DNA of 64,000 nucleotides from a bacterium (GCA_043810165.1 JBDROJ010000023.1:4675-68674), one strand, 5' to 3'. Positions 47,411-57,585 are shown, counted from the first letter of the stretch. Numbers and translations are program-made. The notes: a model not told the origin generated them from the sequence alone.

Positions 47411-48118
47411 TTATAGGTTAGTTATTGTTTTTAAAAGTTGAATAGCCTGCATTTTCATTATATCAATTTTACAATCTACCAGCAAATAATGAATGACCGT
47501 GCTTCTGTCTGAAAATATTTTTCTGTAAGTCTCGGAACGATATTCATCAACCAATTTTTTTTGAAATTCCAAGTTTTCAAATATGGCATCATCTTGTTTG
47601 TTATTCCTTTGTCGCAAACGTTCAAAGGCTTGTTCAGCTTGAAGATCTAATAATACTAGATGGTCAGGCGCGTATTTTAAAGCTATTTCATTGCCAGATA
47701 ATTTTTTTAATTCTTCAATTGTCAGACCGTTGTCTTGGGTAGTTTGATAGGCAAAAGTGGTGCTTACTCCTCGGTCTTGGATGATAGTTTTACCTTGCGC
47801 GTGCAAGGGGATTATAAGTTTTTTATATAATTCAAGACGATCAAGCGAATAGGCCATGGCAATTGATTGGGCAGAAAAACTTTTTTTATTATTTATTTTT
47901 TTATCTCTGATATCCAAGCCAGCATGCGTATATGTTGGTTCGCAACTAAAGATCACATCAAATGGCTCTAGTTTTTTGAGTTCAGGATGAGCGTGGTGCT
48001 CAATCCAATATTCTTTTAAATCAAAGATCTTTTTGCCTTGTTCTGTCAGGTATTCTTTCCAAGTATTTAGAATAGTGCTTTTGCCACTGCCGTCAATTCC
48101 ATCTATCATTATGAACAT
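47411..48118 (-). CDS. tmk: Thymidylate kinase
   Basis: IDGIDGSGKST, EPT, DRG..T.AYQ, PD. Confidence 0.92.
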   Translation of the reverse strand: MFIMIDGIDGSGKSTILNTWKEYLTEQGKKIFDLKEYWIEHHAHPELKKLEPFDVIFSCEPTYTHAGLDIRDKKINNKKSFSAQSIAMAYSLDRLELYKKLIIPLHAQGKTIIQDRGVSTTFAYQTTQDNGLTIEELKKLSGNEIALKYAPDHLVLLDLQAEQAFERLRQRNNKQDDAIFENLEFQKKLVDEYRSETYRKIFSDRSTVIHYLLVDCKIDIMKMQAIQLLKTITNL

Positions 48119-48121
48119 AGG

Positions 48122-48592
48122 TTATTTTTTATAGGTTACAAAAGAATATCCGTTATGGTCTTCTCGTTCTACCTCTTTCCAGATGGTCGTGTCAATTTTT
48201 GGAAAAAAGGCATCGCCCTCAACCAGCCCGCGTACATGAGTTATATATAAGGTATCAGCCAGATCAATGGTCTGGGCATAAATTCCAGCGCCACCAATTA
48301 CAAAAATATCTTCGTTTTCATGATCTGCAAATGCTTGTTGGATGTTGTTATACACTTCGGCTCCGTTCGGCACTTGATAGTCGGTACTGCGAGTTATAAC
48401 AATATTTTTTCGTTTTGGAAGAGGCTTGCCCAAATAGCCTAAAATTGATTCAAAAGTTTTGCGTCCCATTAATACGGTTTTTTTGGAAGTTAATTCTTTA
48501 AAATGTTTCAGATCTTCAGGTATATGCCAAGGAAGCTGATTGTTTTTGCCGATGCAATTATTGTCTGCCACGGCCGAAATTAATGCGATCAT
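48122..48592 (-). CDS. folA: Dihydrofolate reductase
   Basis: IGKNNQLPWHIPEDLKHFK, MGRKTFESI, VIGGA. Confidence 0.97.
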   Translation of the reverse strand: MIALISAVADNNCIGKNNQLPWHIPEDLKHFKELTSKKTVLMGRKTFESILGYLGKPLPKRKNIVITRSTDYQVPNGAEVYNNIQQAFADHENEDIFVIGGAGIYAQTIDLADTLYITHVRGLVEGDAFFPKIDTTIWKEVEREDHNGYSFVTYKK

Positions 48593-48618
48593 AATTATTA
48601 TTTTTTTATCCCAATTTA

Positions 48619-48710
48619 GTCAGAGAGATACAATACTTCTACGAAACATTCCGCAGATCCGACCGGAGCATGGGCGGGGACGTTGAGGAGAGGTATTGTA
48701 TCTCTCTGAC
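48619..48710. repeat. 92-bp palindromic element between thyA and folA
   Basis: GTCAGAGAGATACAATACTTCT / AGAGGTATTGTATCTCTCTGAC arms around a GC-rich core. Confidence 0.8.
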
Positions 48711-48717
48711 AGGATGA

Positions 48718-49590
48718 TTATACAGCAATATCAAATTTAATTCTAGGATAACTTTCATATCCAATTATTTTTGTATCCTGGGCAGTCCAATCAAAAATTG
48801 AAGTAAAGTTTTCTGTGATGATTTGGGGTAGGGGATATTTGTTTGGATCACGGCTTAGTTGTTCTTTTGCGCCGTCTATGTGATTAGAATAGATATGAGT
48901 GTCACCCAAGAATCCGACTAGACGACCTTCTTTAAAACCGGTTTCTTTGGCTAATAAATGTAAGAGAGTGGCGTAGCTGGCAATATTAAAAGGTAAACCT
49001 AGCATGACATCAACCGAACGCTGGTTCCAGAGCAAGTTTAGTTTTTCATTGCTAACAACTACTTGGAATTGAAAATGGCAAGGCGGAAGAGCCATGTCTT
49101 GTAATTGGCAGGGATTCCAAGCTGATACAATCATACGGCGGTCAAATGGATCGGTTTTTAGATTGTGAATTAGTTTTTTTAATTGATCCACGCCTTGGCT
49201 AGTATAATCTGTATCGTAATTTTTGTAATCAGCATTAAAATGCCGCCATTGAAATCCATAAATCGGGCCTAGGTCTCTTTCTTCAGACATTTTCTTTTTA
49301 GTTTCTTGGTCATGACCATAAGGGACTTTTTTGGGACTGCACCATTCATCCCAAATGTGATTTTTATGATCTTTTAACCATTGTTTGTCGGTTATGCCTT
49401 GAATAAAAAATTCTAATTCTGTAGTTATTAAACGAAAAGGCATTTTTTTGGTAGTGAGCAAGGGGAATCCATCAGACATTTCGTGTTCAAATATAACACC
49501 GGCAATGGATTGAGTGCCAGTGCCGGTACGGTCTTGTTTTTTTATTCCCTTATCCAGGATTTTTTCTACTATTTTTAAGTAGTTCAGCAT
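48718..49590 (-). CDS. thyA: Thymidylate synthase
   Basis: DRTGTGT, LGPIYGFQWR, MALPPCH, QRSVD..LGLPFNIASY. Confidence 0.98.
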   Translation of the reverse strand: MLNYLKIVEKILDKGIKKQDRTGTGTQSIAGVIFEHEMSDGFPLLTTKKMPFRLITTELEFFIQGITDKQWLKDHKNHIWDEWCSPKKVPYGHDQETKKKMSEERDLGPIYGFQWRHFNADYKNYDTDYTSQGVDQLKKLIHNLKTDPFDRRMIVSAWNPCQLQDMALPPCHFQFQVVVSNEKLNLLWNQRSVDVMLGLPFNIASYATLLHLLAKETGFKEGRLVGFLGDTHIYSNHIDGAKEQLSRDPNKYPLPQIITENFTSIFDWTAQDTKIIGYESYPRIKFDIAV

Positions 49591-49596
49591 ATTTTG

Positions 49597-52464
49597 TTAG
49601 GCGGCTTTTTCTTGTCTCATATCAGCAATTAATTTATCTATATGTTTTTGTGTTTTTGTCAGTTTGGCTATTTCAAGGGAAATTTGGATTTTTTTATCTC
49701 TGAATGTTGGAGATTCCAGACTCCCTTTACGGACTTTAATTCCAAATTCAATCTCTTTTTTGATTGACTGCAAATCTTCTAAATTACTATCTTCGGTAAA
49801 GCCGAGTTTGCTTAAAGTAGATTTTATTTCGGTTTCATCAATATCAGTATCATAATCATATTCATCTCGATCGGCTGTAGCTAGAGATTCTTTGTCAAGA
49901 TCTCGAACAAAAATTGAATCACTGTCTTGTTTTTGTAGTTTTTCTGTTAAGAATTTTATTGCTTCTTTAATAAAGTTTCTGTCATATTTTTTAAATAAAA
50001 GTTCATTGGATTCATCTAGATCTTTTGGTTTTTTAGTATTTGATAATTCATTTTCTGTTTTTAATAATTTTTGTTCAGCTAATTGGATGAGATTGTGTAT
50101 TTCTTTGTTATCAGTATTGCCTTGGTAACCAATTTCAGAAAGAATCATTTTGGTCCCTGTCTGTAATGATACCATTGTGTCTAATCCCAATTCTTTTTCG
50201 GCGTGTTTTGTGTGTTCCGCATCAATTTGTCTAATTTCTTCAGCTAAATCAGCCTCGTTTTCACCAGGTCCTTCTTCGTCTACATCGGCATAAATTTCTT
50301 CATCCATATTCACGTTTGTTGGAGGGATGTTTAATTCATCTGTATCAATATCCTCTAATTCGGTTTGTTTATTTTCCTTAACAATTTTAATCCGAGCAGT
50401 TGTTTTATCTCCAGGTCTTAATTTTCTGGCATGGTCAACCACAGTATCATCTTCCTCGGCCTCTTGATCTGGTGTGGCATATTCTTTGGTTTTAATATCT
50501 TTTTGGATGTCCACCACAGTGTCAGAATCTTCCACATCTATATCTATTGATGTATTCTTTTCAGCCCTTTTCTCATCTACTCGTTTTAAATTTTTGATTC
50601 TTCTCTTCAAACTTTCTGTTTTTCGTTTAAACTTGTCAATTAGTATGTCAGATGCCCCACCTGGCTGGCTTGATATTATAACATTTTCCTCATTGTAGAA
50701 GTCGTGGTGTAATTTTTCTATTCCATTATAAATGGCCGTGCCTTTAAAATCCTCTGCTTGTGAAATTAATTTAACTATATCCACATCAATTTTATAGACT
50801 TCAACTGCTTTCTTAAAGTTTTCCATTTTTAATTTTAGCGCTTCCATGGATTCGGCCGGATCACTTGGATCAAAACTATTTATTTCTTTTACAAAGTTCT
50901 CCGAAGCTTTGACTGTATTTTCCACTCTTTTTTTTGTAGCTTTTGCTTCAGGGCCTAGTTTTTTGGCTTCGTTCAGTAGTTTGTTAGCTGATTTGTCAAT
51001 TTTTTGATAGTCTGAAATTAAATTAAATTTTTCAACAGTTTTATTGGCTAGCTCGTTTTTGTTCTTTTGTTCGTCTGTTTTAACTTCTGGTCTTGGCCTG
51101 CCTAGCTTGCTTTCGGTTTGCTTGCCATAGAAAGTTTTAGCTTGGTCTGTTTTAGTTTCTTCAACCACCAGGTCTGTTTTAACTTCTGGTCTTGGCCTGC
51201 CTAGCTTGCTTTCGGTTTGCTTGCCATAGAAAGTTTTAGTGTCATCTGTTTGTTGATTATCGCTATCATCCATAATTTGATAAGCCTCTTCTTCATCTTT
51301 CACATCTGCAATTTTCACGGGCTTGCTTTCAGCTCTGGTGGCAGTGGCGGTTTTTTCTTTGGCAACACCTGACGGGAGATTAACTCCAGCTTCGGACATT
51401 GCATGGAGAATATTCGTCTCTTTGCCCGTTGGCCTTTCCATGCCTTTTGGAGAGCCCGGAGGCCTTATTCCGGCTTGGGCCATTGCGTGGAAAATATTAT
51501 CTATGTCATCATTTCCGCCAAATTGAGCTTCGGCCATGATTTTAAGTGTTTCGTCCATGTTTTCGCCACCTTGTTTACTAACGACTTTGTCAACTTTTTT
51601 TTCAACTTTGGCCACAGGAGCAGATTTTTTTTCAACAACAACAGGCGGAAGTTTTATTTCATCTTCCTCTATAATTGGTTCTGGCTCTGCCTGTGCTTTT
51701 TCTTCCCTCACTTTGGCGAATGGCTGTATGTCAGGATTTGGTGTTTTTATTTCAGGTAGTTTTTTTGCCTGTGTCTTTTCTTTTGTTATAATTACATTTT
51801 CAGATTGTTTTGGCTCAACCGTAGCGTTGTGAGTGTTTTCTGCTTTAGAACGGACAGCTGTTGGCTGATATTCAGCCGTGGCTTTGTTTTTTGATTCAAT
51901 GTGGAACATCTCTGGCCTGATTGCTGTTTTTGGCGCCATCTCCGGTTCCTCCACAGTAATTTTTAGATCGTCCAATTCTTCTTCAATTTGACCTAATTTT
52001 TGTTTAGTATCTAAACCGGCTTGGTTAGCTAAGTCTTCCAACTCTTTAAAAGTTTGACCATCATCTACGCCCGCTTTTTCAGCTGATTGTTTAAGACGGT
52101 CAAATTCAGCCTGCAATTCTTGATTTATATAATCAACCCCTTCCTGCATTTCTTTGATTTGTTCTTTCACTTTTTCGGTTACTTCCTTTACCCTATAAGA
52201 TACCTCTTCTTTGGTTTCTGCTAAGCCTTCTGGGTCTTCCGGACTGCCCATAAGTTCATTGGCCCTTTTAATGCCCCAAGCCGGGTCAACCCATCTTCTT
52301 ATTTTGTCCAAAACACTTAATTTGGGCTGGCCAGTGGCTTCAACTTGTTGTTTAATCTGCTCTTTTTTAATCTGTTCTTTTTTCAATGAAGCATTGGTCT
52401 TACCTTGTTCTTGTCTTTGCCGGTCGGCTTCTAAATGTTTTTGTTTAATTGGCATGTCTACCAT
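49597..52464 (-). CDS. 955-aa highly charged, low-complexity/coiled-coil protein
   Basis: ORF track; E/K/D-rich; no Cys, a single Trp; internal repeats. Confidence 0.85.
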   Translation of the reverse strand: MVDMPIKQKHLEADRQRQEQGKTNASLKKEQIKKEQIKQQVEATGQPKLSVLDKIRRWVDPAWGIKRANELMGSPEDPEGLAETKEEVSYRVKEVTEKVKEQIKEMQEGVDYINQELQAEFDRLKQSAEKAGVDDGQTFKELEDLANQAGLDTKQKLGQIEEELDDLKITVEEPEMAPKTAIRPEMFHIESKNKATAEYQPTAVRSKAENTHNATVEPKQSENVIITKEKTQAKKLPEIKTPNPDIQPFAKVREEKAQAEPEPIIEEDEIKLPPVVVEKKSAPVAKVEKKVDKVVSKQGGENMDETLKIMAEAQFGGNDDIDNIFHAMAQAGIRPPGSPKGMERPTGKETNILHAMSEAGVNLPSGVAKEKTATATRAESKPVKIADVKDEEEAYQIMDDSDNQQTDDTKTFYGKQTESKLGRPRPEVKTDLVVEETKTDQAKTFYGKQTESKLGRPRPEVKTDEQKNKNELANKTVEKFNLISDYQKIDKSANKLLNEAKKLGPEAKATKKRVENTVKASENFVKEINSFDPSDPAESMEALKLKMENFKKAVEVYKIDVDIVKLISQAEDFKGTAIYNGIEKLHHDFYNEENVIISSQPGGASDILIDKFKRKTESLKRRIKNLKRVDEKRAEKNTSIDIDVEDSDTVVDIQKDIKTKEYATPDQEAEEDDTVVDHARKLRPGDKTTARIKIVKENKQTELEDIDTDELNIPPTNVNMDEEIYADVDEEGPGENEADLAEEIRQIDAEHTKHAEKELGLDTMVSLQTGTKMILSEIGYQGNTDNKEIHNLIQLAEQKLLKTENELSNTKKPKDLDESNELLFKKYDRNFIKEAIKFLTEKLQKQDSDSIFVRDLDKESLATADRDEYDYDTDIDETEIKSTLSKLGFTEDSNLEDLQSIKKEIEFGIKVRKGSLESPTFRDKKIQISLEIAKLTKTQKHIDKLIADMRQEKAA
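51073..51239. repeat. 68-bp exact direct repeat (KTFYGKQTESKLGRPRPEVKTD x2)
   Basis: 51073-51140 equals 51172-51239. Confidence 0.9.
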
Positions 52465-52494
52465 ATGTTTTTTATTATTTTGAAATTAAAAAAA

Positions 52495-52671
52495 TTAAAG
52501 CTCGTTTATTTTATGCTTAATCTGATCAATTTTTTGTTGATCCTTTTCTTTCATTTTTTCTTCCAAAATTTGTCCGGCCTGATGCTTTATATCCTCCTCT
52601 TTTTTTAGGAAATTTGTAAAAATTTGGCTTGCGCGCGCCATCAAAACTCTTATTTTTTGTGTGTTTAGCAT
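52495..52671 (-). CDS. 58-aa helical protein upstream of the 955-aa gene
   Basis: Hand-translated MLNTQKIRVLMARASQIFTNFLKKEEDIKHQAGQILEEKMKEKDQQKIDQIKHKINEL. Confidence 0.65.
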   Translation of the reverse strand: MLNTQKIRVLMARASQIFTNFLKKEEDIKHQAGQILEEKMKEKDQQKIDQIKHKINEL

Positions 52672-52761
52672 AATTGTAACAGTAATTTCCCAATAGCCAT
52701 TGAGTGTATGGCAGAGGAAGAATAATTAAATTCAGAATTGGTTATATTATAGTCTAAATTC

Positions 52762-53190
52762 TTAATATTTTCCAGTACTTCCCCATCTGCCTTGACCGCG
52801 TTCGCTGTCAGAGAGTTCATCCACCTCTGTTAATTTTCCAAAAGCCACTGGATAAAGTATTAATTGAGCAATTTTATGTCCTTTTTCGATTTTGTATGGT
52901 CCTTTTCCCAAGTTGATTAATTGTATTAAGTATTCACCCCTATAACCGGCATCAAATACACCGCCTAAAGCATGTATGGTCCTAAAAGCCATTCCTCCTT
53001 TGTCTTTTACGATGGCAGCATAGCCGTTGGGAAATTCCAAAGCAAAACCCAATTTAAAAATATGTTTTTCACCAGGTTGTAATTCATGGTCTTCCAAAGA
53101 ATAAAGATCTAAACCAACATCTCCGGGTAGGGCGTAATTAGGAATTATGGCTTCGGGGTTTAATTTTTTAATTTTAACGTCAATTTGCAT
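52762..53190 (-). CDS. dut: dUTP diphosphatase
   Basis: GDVGLDL, GVFDAGYRGE, KIAQL, SERGQGRWGSTG; start MQIDVK. Confidence 0.95.
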   Translation of the reverse strand: MQIDVKIKKLNPEAIIPNYALPGDVGLDLYSLEDHELQPGEKHIFKLGFALEFPNGYAAIVKDKGGMAFRTIHALGGVFDAGYRGEYLIQLINLGKGPYKIEKGHKIAQLILYPVAFGKLTEVDELSDSERGQGRWGSTGKY

Positions 53191-53752
53191 ACTGAATTTT
53201 TTTAATGATTTCATCGGCTTGTGTAAATAGATCTTGTTGGCTGTCGTTGTTAGTAATAACATAATCAGCTTGTTTGGCGATATCCAGGATTTCATTTTCT
53301 GCCTCTCGTTGGCATTCGGCTTGAAATTGTTCCCAGGTTTTGGTCTGGTCATCTGGATTTTCTGAACGCTGGGTCAGTCGTTCGTAACGAGAACGATTGT
53401 TGGTTTTAATAAAAATAATATAGAAGTTGTCAGGGTAAGTTTTTTTGAGAAAACTGGTGTCTTTGGGGCGACGGATGCCTTCGGTGATAACCAAATTAGA
53501 TTTTTTGCCAGATATATCTTTAGTAATGATTTTAGATATTATTTCTTGACCGAATTGCTGGCGTAAAGCCTTGGAGATATCCTGCATATTTTCGCGGGTT
53601 TGAGGTAAATGCATTCTTGTCAAAATATCACGCAGGCAATCAGAAAAACGAGCTGAATCGGCTTGGTATTTGGTTTTTAAATAATTAGTCAGCGTAGTCT
53701 TGCCGGAAGATATTTCTCCGACAATTCCTATTATAATTTTTCGTTTATTCAT
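53180..53752 (-). CDS. P-loop nucleoside monophosphate kinase-like protein
   Basis: IGIVGEISSGKTT, VITEGIRR, ADYVITN. Confidence 0.8.
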   Translation of the reverse strand: MNKRKIIIGIVGEISSGKTTLTNYLKTKYQADSARFSDCLRDILTRMHLPQTRENMQDISKALRQQFGQEIISKIITKDISGKKSNLVITEGIRRPKDTSFLKKTYPDNFYIIFIKTNNRSRYERLTQRSENPDDQTKTWEQFQAECQREAENEILDIAKQADYVITNNDSQQDLFTQADEIIKKIQYAN

Positions 53753-54209
53753 GCTCACAAGCATATTGGCGGAGTTTTATGCCTGCGGATACAAACATGC
53801 GCTTAGCGGCCATGAATGCATCCACTTGGCTGTATTTATCACTGGCATACACCACTTCGGTGATTCCATTCTGGATTATGGCTTTGGCGCATTCATTGCA
53901 GGGAAATAGCGTGCAATAAATTTTGCAATCCTTGGTAGAGTTGTTAGCGTTGTAAATCGCATTTTCTTCAGCATGGCAGACATAAGCATACTTGGTATTT
54001 AAAAAATCTCCTTGTCTTTCCCAAGGAAATTCATCATTATCAATTCCTCGTGGAAAGCCATTATATCCAAGCCCTACCACCACGTTTTTTTGGTCTGCAA
54101 TAAGAGCACCGGCTTGAGTAGACGGATCTTTTGATCTTTGAGCGATCAGGTGGGCCATGCGCATAAAGCATTCGTCCCAGGATATATGATTTTGACGTGG
54201 TCCTTGCAT
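53745..54209 (-). CDS. dCMP deaminase
   Basis: RSKDP, GYNG, HAEENA, FPCNEC. Confidence 0.95.
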   Translation of the reverse strand: MQGPRQNHISWDECFMRMAHLIAQRSKDPSTQAGALIADQKNVVVGLGYNGFPRGIDNDEFPWERQGDFLNTKYAYVCHAEENAIYNANNSTKDCKIYCTLFPCNECAKAIIQNGITEVVYASDKYSQVDAFMAAKRMFVSAGIKLRQYACEHE

Positions 54210-54288
54210 AATATTTGAATTATACCAATTAGTTAGCTATTTGCCAAGTCCTGATTAATTAAAAATCAGGGCTGTTTTAGTCCTGATT

Positions 54289-55329
54289 TTATGTTTGGTT
54301 TTTTTTAATTGACTTAATTTTTTCTTTGTACTTTTGCGCTTGATCTATTATTTTTTTGGCCACGCTGATTGTATATGCCGGACGTTTGCCCACGGCCGTT
54401 TCATGGCAGAGCATAATAGCGCTAGCTCCATCTAGTACTATATTGGTAAGATCAGCTATTTCAGCCCTATAAGGAATAAGGTCATTCATTGAACTCTCCA
54501 ATATATGAGTGGATACTATTACCGGCTTGCGATATTTGAGAGCGATTCTGGTAATTTGTTTTTGCAGAATACAGTTTTTTTCAAAAGCGGTATTAACTCC
54601 CATTTCTCCTCTGTCAAGCATGATGATGTCATAAAATGGATCTTGGCATAGGTCTTTTAATTCTTCTAAACTTATCAGTCTTTCAATTTTTGCGACTATT
54701 TTTGTTTTTTGGTTCTTAATATATGGAATTTGCTTTATTTTTTCTTTAAAGTCAGAATCAATATATGATAAGGCTATGTAATCCGGATTGACGATCTGCG
54801 TTTTTTCTATTATTTCTCTATATCGTGTCAAAGTTTGTTCTTTACCAGGCAACCAATTCATGTTTAATGTTCTAGTATAGCGTATGTATCCGTTATTAAG
54901 CACCTTGGCTTTTATGGTTTGAGGATCAATAATTTCCTTTACTTGTGTTAATATTTCTCCATCTCCGATGGTAATAGTTTGTCCTTGTTGTACTTTATCA
55001 TCCAGGCGATCGGTGTTAACCGGTATATATTGGTTGCAGTCTGTACTAAAGCTGGCGCATTTAAAGACCACTTCCTGGCCTTCTTTTACTGGAAAGAATT
55101 TTATATCAAAATCACCCAGGCGTATTTTATTTAAAGGCATGTCAATCAATATCTTTACTGAAGAATTTAGATCTTCTATTGCTCTGCGTCCAGTTTGAAT
55201 ATGCGCAATATTTTCTTCAGTAGTACGATAAGAGAAATTATAGCGAAGAACCCTTGCTCCAGCCAGGATTATTTTTTTTATCACGCTTTTTTCAAATGAA
55301 TTTAAGCCTATGGCAGCGATTATTTCCAT
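54289..55329 (-). CDS. pyk: Divergent pyruvate kinase-like protein (no C domain)
   Basis: RYNFS, KIRLG, AKIE, DRGEMG, LESSM, RAEIAD, ETAVG. Confidence 0.75.
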   Translation of the reverse strand: MEIIAAIGLNSFEKSVIKKIILAGARVLRYNFSYRTTEENIAHIQTGRRAIEDLNSSVKILIDMPLNKIRLGDFDIKFFPVKEGQEVVFKCASFSTDCNQYIPVNTDRLDDKVQQGQTITIGDGEILTQVKEIIDPQTIKAKVLNNGYIRYTRTLNMNWLPGKEQTLTRYREIIEKTQIVNPDYIALSYIDSDFKEKIKQIPYIKNQKTKIVAKIERLISLEELKDLCQDPFYDIIMLDRGEMGVNTAFEKNCILQKQITRIALKYRKPVIVSTHILESSMNDLIPYRAEIADLTNIVLDGASAIMLCHETAVGKRPAYTISVAKKIIDQAQKYKEKIKSIKKNQT

Positions 55330-55374
55330 ATTTGATTTAGGTACAAATACGCCCCGGTTCCCCAGGGCGTAAGT

Positions 55375-56052
55375 TTAGTTGGTTGTTAATTTGATGGCTG
55401 GTCCCATTGAGGAGCACATGTACATATTTTTTATGTAAGTTCCTTTGGTTCCGGACGGCTTGGCTTTTTTTAGAGCTTTGTAGAACTCTTCAAAGTTTTC
55501 CATTAGTTGTTGCTCTGTAAAACTTGCTTTGCCGATTGATTGGTGTATATTGGCCGTATCATCATTTTTAAAATTGACCTTGCCTTTTTTTAGTTCTTCT
55601 ATCATTTGTTTGACATTGGGCCCAACCGTTTCTGTTTTGGCATTAGGCATTAATCCGCGCGGTCCCAGAATTTTGGCTATTTGCGCCAGTTTTGGCATCA
55701 TATCTGGGGTAGTTACGGCGACTTCAAAATCAATTTTGCCGGTTTCTTTTATCTTTTTGATGTCTTCTTCATCATAAATAAAGTCAGCGCCAGCCTGTTT
55801 TGCTTCTTCGGCTTTGTTAGATGGCACAAAAGCGGCCACTGTTTTGGTTTTACCGGTTCCGTGTGGCAATACTACTGTACTGCGTACCAATTGGTCTGTT
55901 TTTTTAGGGTTAATTCCCAATCTAACATGTATCTCTATGCTAGCATCAAATTTGACATCAGATGTTTCTTTGGCTAATTTGACAGCTTCTTCCAGGCCAT
56001 AAGTCTGGTCTTTGTCTATTTTTGCCCTAAGGGCGTTCATTCTCTTTGACAT
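55375..56052 (-). CDS. rplA: 50S ribosomal protein uL1
   Basis: KFDASIE, LPHGTGK, ILGPRGLMPN, SSMGP. Confidence 0.98.
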   Translation of the reverse strand: MSKRMNALRAKIDKDQTYGLEEAVKLAKETSDVKFDASIEIHVRLGINPKKTDQLVRSTVVLPHGTGKTKTVAAFVPSNKAEEAKQAGADFIYDEEDIKKIKETGKIDFEVAVTTPDMMPKLAQIAKILGPRGLMPNAKTETVGPNVKQMIEELKKGKVNFKNDDTANIHQSIGKASFTEQQLMENFEEFYKALKKAKPSGTKGTYIKNMYMCSSMGPAIKLTTN

Positions 56053-56065
56053 ATTAATTATAGTT

Positions 56066-56101
56066 AGTGGTGCAAACTCCTGAATGGATCAGGATCCCAC
56101 T
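56066..56101 (-). promoter_or_regulatory. Putative L1-binding autoregulatory leader
   Basis: GTGGGA-TCCTGA-loop-TCAGGA-GTTTGCA-CCAC just upstream of the rplA ATG. Confidence 0.65.
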
Positions 56102-56150
56102 TTAATGCTATTTTAGCGGATTGTTATTATATGATAAATTCATTAAATTG

Positions 56151-57482
56151 TCAATAGATTTCCAGGTATTTTTTTTTCTCCCAATCGGTTACTGCAGTAC
56201 GGAATTCATTCCATTCTTGCATTTTAATATGGTAGTATTTGGCAAAGGTTTGTTCGCCCAATACATCCCGAATAACCTGATTTTTGTATAAAGCCCGTAA
56301 AGCTCCGTATAGGTCAGGTGGGAGAGTTTGAATCTTGCGGTCTCGCATATCTGCGGAGCTCAATTCGTATACATTTTCTTCAATTGGCGTTGGAATCATG
56401 GTCTCGTGTTCAATTCCATCCAACCCAGAGGCTAGCATGACAGCAAAGGCCAAGTAAGGGTTGGCTGAAGGATCTGGACACCGCAGTTCAGCCCTGGTTG
56501 AGTTTGGCTTGTCAGTATTAATTTTTGGTATACGGATAAGAGCCGAGCGGTTGGTGGTTCCCCATGTGATGTATACTGGCGCTTCATAGCCGGCTACTAG
56601 TCTTTTGTATGAATTAATAGTTGGGTTGAGTATGGCATTCATTGCCTTAATATGTTTAAGCTGTCCGGCAATAAATTTTTTGGCAATTTTGCTTAAGCCG
56701 TATTGATCTTCAGGGTTGTGAAAGGCGTTGCCATTGTTTGTGAATAAGCTTTGGTGCACATGCATGCCAGAACCATTAATGCCAAAGAAAGGTTTGGGCA
56801 TAAAAGTTACATGCAGATCATGCTTGTCAGCGATAGTTTTTAAGACATATTTAAAACTAATGGCATTGTCTGCGGTTTTTAAAGGGTTGTCATAGCGAAA
56901 ATCAATTTCATGCTGGCTGTTGGCTACTTCATGATGCAAGGCTTCTACATCAATATCAAGAGCCTGCAAAGCCGAAGACATTTGTTTGCGCAAATCCACG
57001 GCCGATCCGTAAGTCTGATCAAAGTAGCCGGCCGAATCACCTGTAAGAGGCAGAATTTTTCCATTTTCACGTTTGAGAATAAAAAATTCTAATTCGGGTC
57101 CGACAAAATATTCATAGCCCATTTGTTTGGCTCTTTGTATTTGCTTTTTTAAAATATAGCGCGGATCACTGGCATAAGGCTGGCCGTCCGGGCAATACAC
57201 ATCACAAATAAATCTGGCAGTTAAAGACCCGTTATTTTTTGTCCAAGGCAAGACAGCAAAAGTATCCAAATCCAATTTTAAATACATATCGCTTTCTGAA
57301 ATTCTAGCAAAGCCTTCTATTGAAGAACCATCAAACCAAACATGATTTTCCATGGCCGTTTCCAATTTTGTTATGGGGATGGTTATTGCCTTTAATTGCC
57401 CCAGCAAGTCACTAAATTGCAGTTCTATGAATTTAATTTCTTGTTTTTTGCACACCTCTACTATTTTTTGCTTAGTTTGCAT
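56151..57482 (-). CDS. glnA: Glutamine synthetase type I
   Basis: FDGSSIEGF, HHEVA..QHEI, FMPKP..GINGSGMH, NRSALIRIP, ELRCPDP. Confidence 0.98.
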   Translation of the reverse strand: MQTKQKIVEVCKKQEIKFIELQFSDLLGQLKAITIPITKLETAMENHVWFDGSSIEGFARISESDMYLKLDLDTFAVLPWTKNNGSLTARFICDVYCPDGQPYASDPRYILKKQIQRAKQMGYEYFVGPELEFFILKRENGKILPLTGDSAGYFDQTYGSAVDLRKQMSSALQALDIDVEALHHEVANSQHEIDFRYDNPLKTADNAISFKYVLKTIADKHDLHVTFMPKPFFGINGSGMHVHQSLFTNNGNAFHNPEDQYGLSKIAKKFIAGQLKHIKAMNAILNPTINSYKRLVAGYEAPVYITWGTTNRSALIRIPKINTDKPNSTRAELRCPDPSANPYLAFAVMLASGLDGIEHETMIPTPIEENVYELSSADMRDRKIQTLPPDLYGALRALYKNQVIRDVLGEQTFAKYYHIKMQEWNEFRTAVTDWEKKKYLEIY

Positions 57483-57585
57483 AGGTTTAACGGTTATTAA
57501 TAACTGGGTTATTATAGTATGTTTTTATGCTCTTGTAAAATCATTGTCAATTGAGGTATAATAACAACTAATTAATCATAATAAC

